NCBI RefSeq assembly: GCF_963921235.1
Contig: NC_086108.1
Coordinates: forward strand, 868,001 to 932,000
Direction: 5' to 3'
DNA: 64,000 bases
Origin: Mobula hypostoma
Taxonomy: Eukaryota
Positions 63,936 to 64,000 of this stretch are shown in pieces. The stretch's first letter is position 1. Each line of letters opens with the position of its first letter. A program made the translations under genes and the position numbers. Below the pieces are notes generated by a model. That model made no database searches, was not told the DNA's origin, and saw only the letters and a list, made by a program, of their open reading frames with translations.

Positions 63936-64000
63936 GCCACGAGCATCCTCTATGTGCGTCTCCATGGCTGCCAGTATCAGATGCAGAACAGGTTTAATTA

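Overview
Vertebrate nuclear DNA, not prokaryotic. The repeat mix (CR1 LINEs, V-domain tRNA SINEs, Rex/Babar-type LINEs, Penelope-like elements) points to a cartilaginous fish, probably a ray or shark; this is an inference. Bases 1 to ~14,170 are a G/T-rich 42-43 bp satellite array with ~2.2 kb higher-order structure, and all ORFs there are artefacts. About 1 kb downstream lies a CpG-rich promoter and putative non-coding exon 1 of CLASRP (SFRS16). Eight + strand coding exons between 26271 and 62032 splice in frame with GT-AG junctions into 261 codons starting MWHEARKHERKLRGMMVDYKKRAERRREYYEKI; the gene continues past the window end. The introns are almost entirely nested transposons: CR1, Rex/Babar-like, RTE-derived, Tc1, Tigger, a hAT MITE, SINEs and a near-intact Neptune-type Penelope element (RT plus GIY-YIG). 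The most notable non-obvious signal is a minimal type I hammerhead ribozyme motif (consensus AGUC CUGAUGA AGGG UCUCGG CCC GAAAC GUC GACU) in the Penelope terminal repeat. It occurs about a dozen times in whole or part, often in fold-back pairs whose breakpoints cluster in the motif. Hammerheads in Penelope-like elements are already known, so any novelty would lie in activity within this host pre-mRNA or in the fold-back derivatives. Most TE boundaries are approximate and were read by eye.
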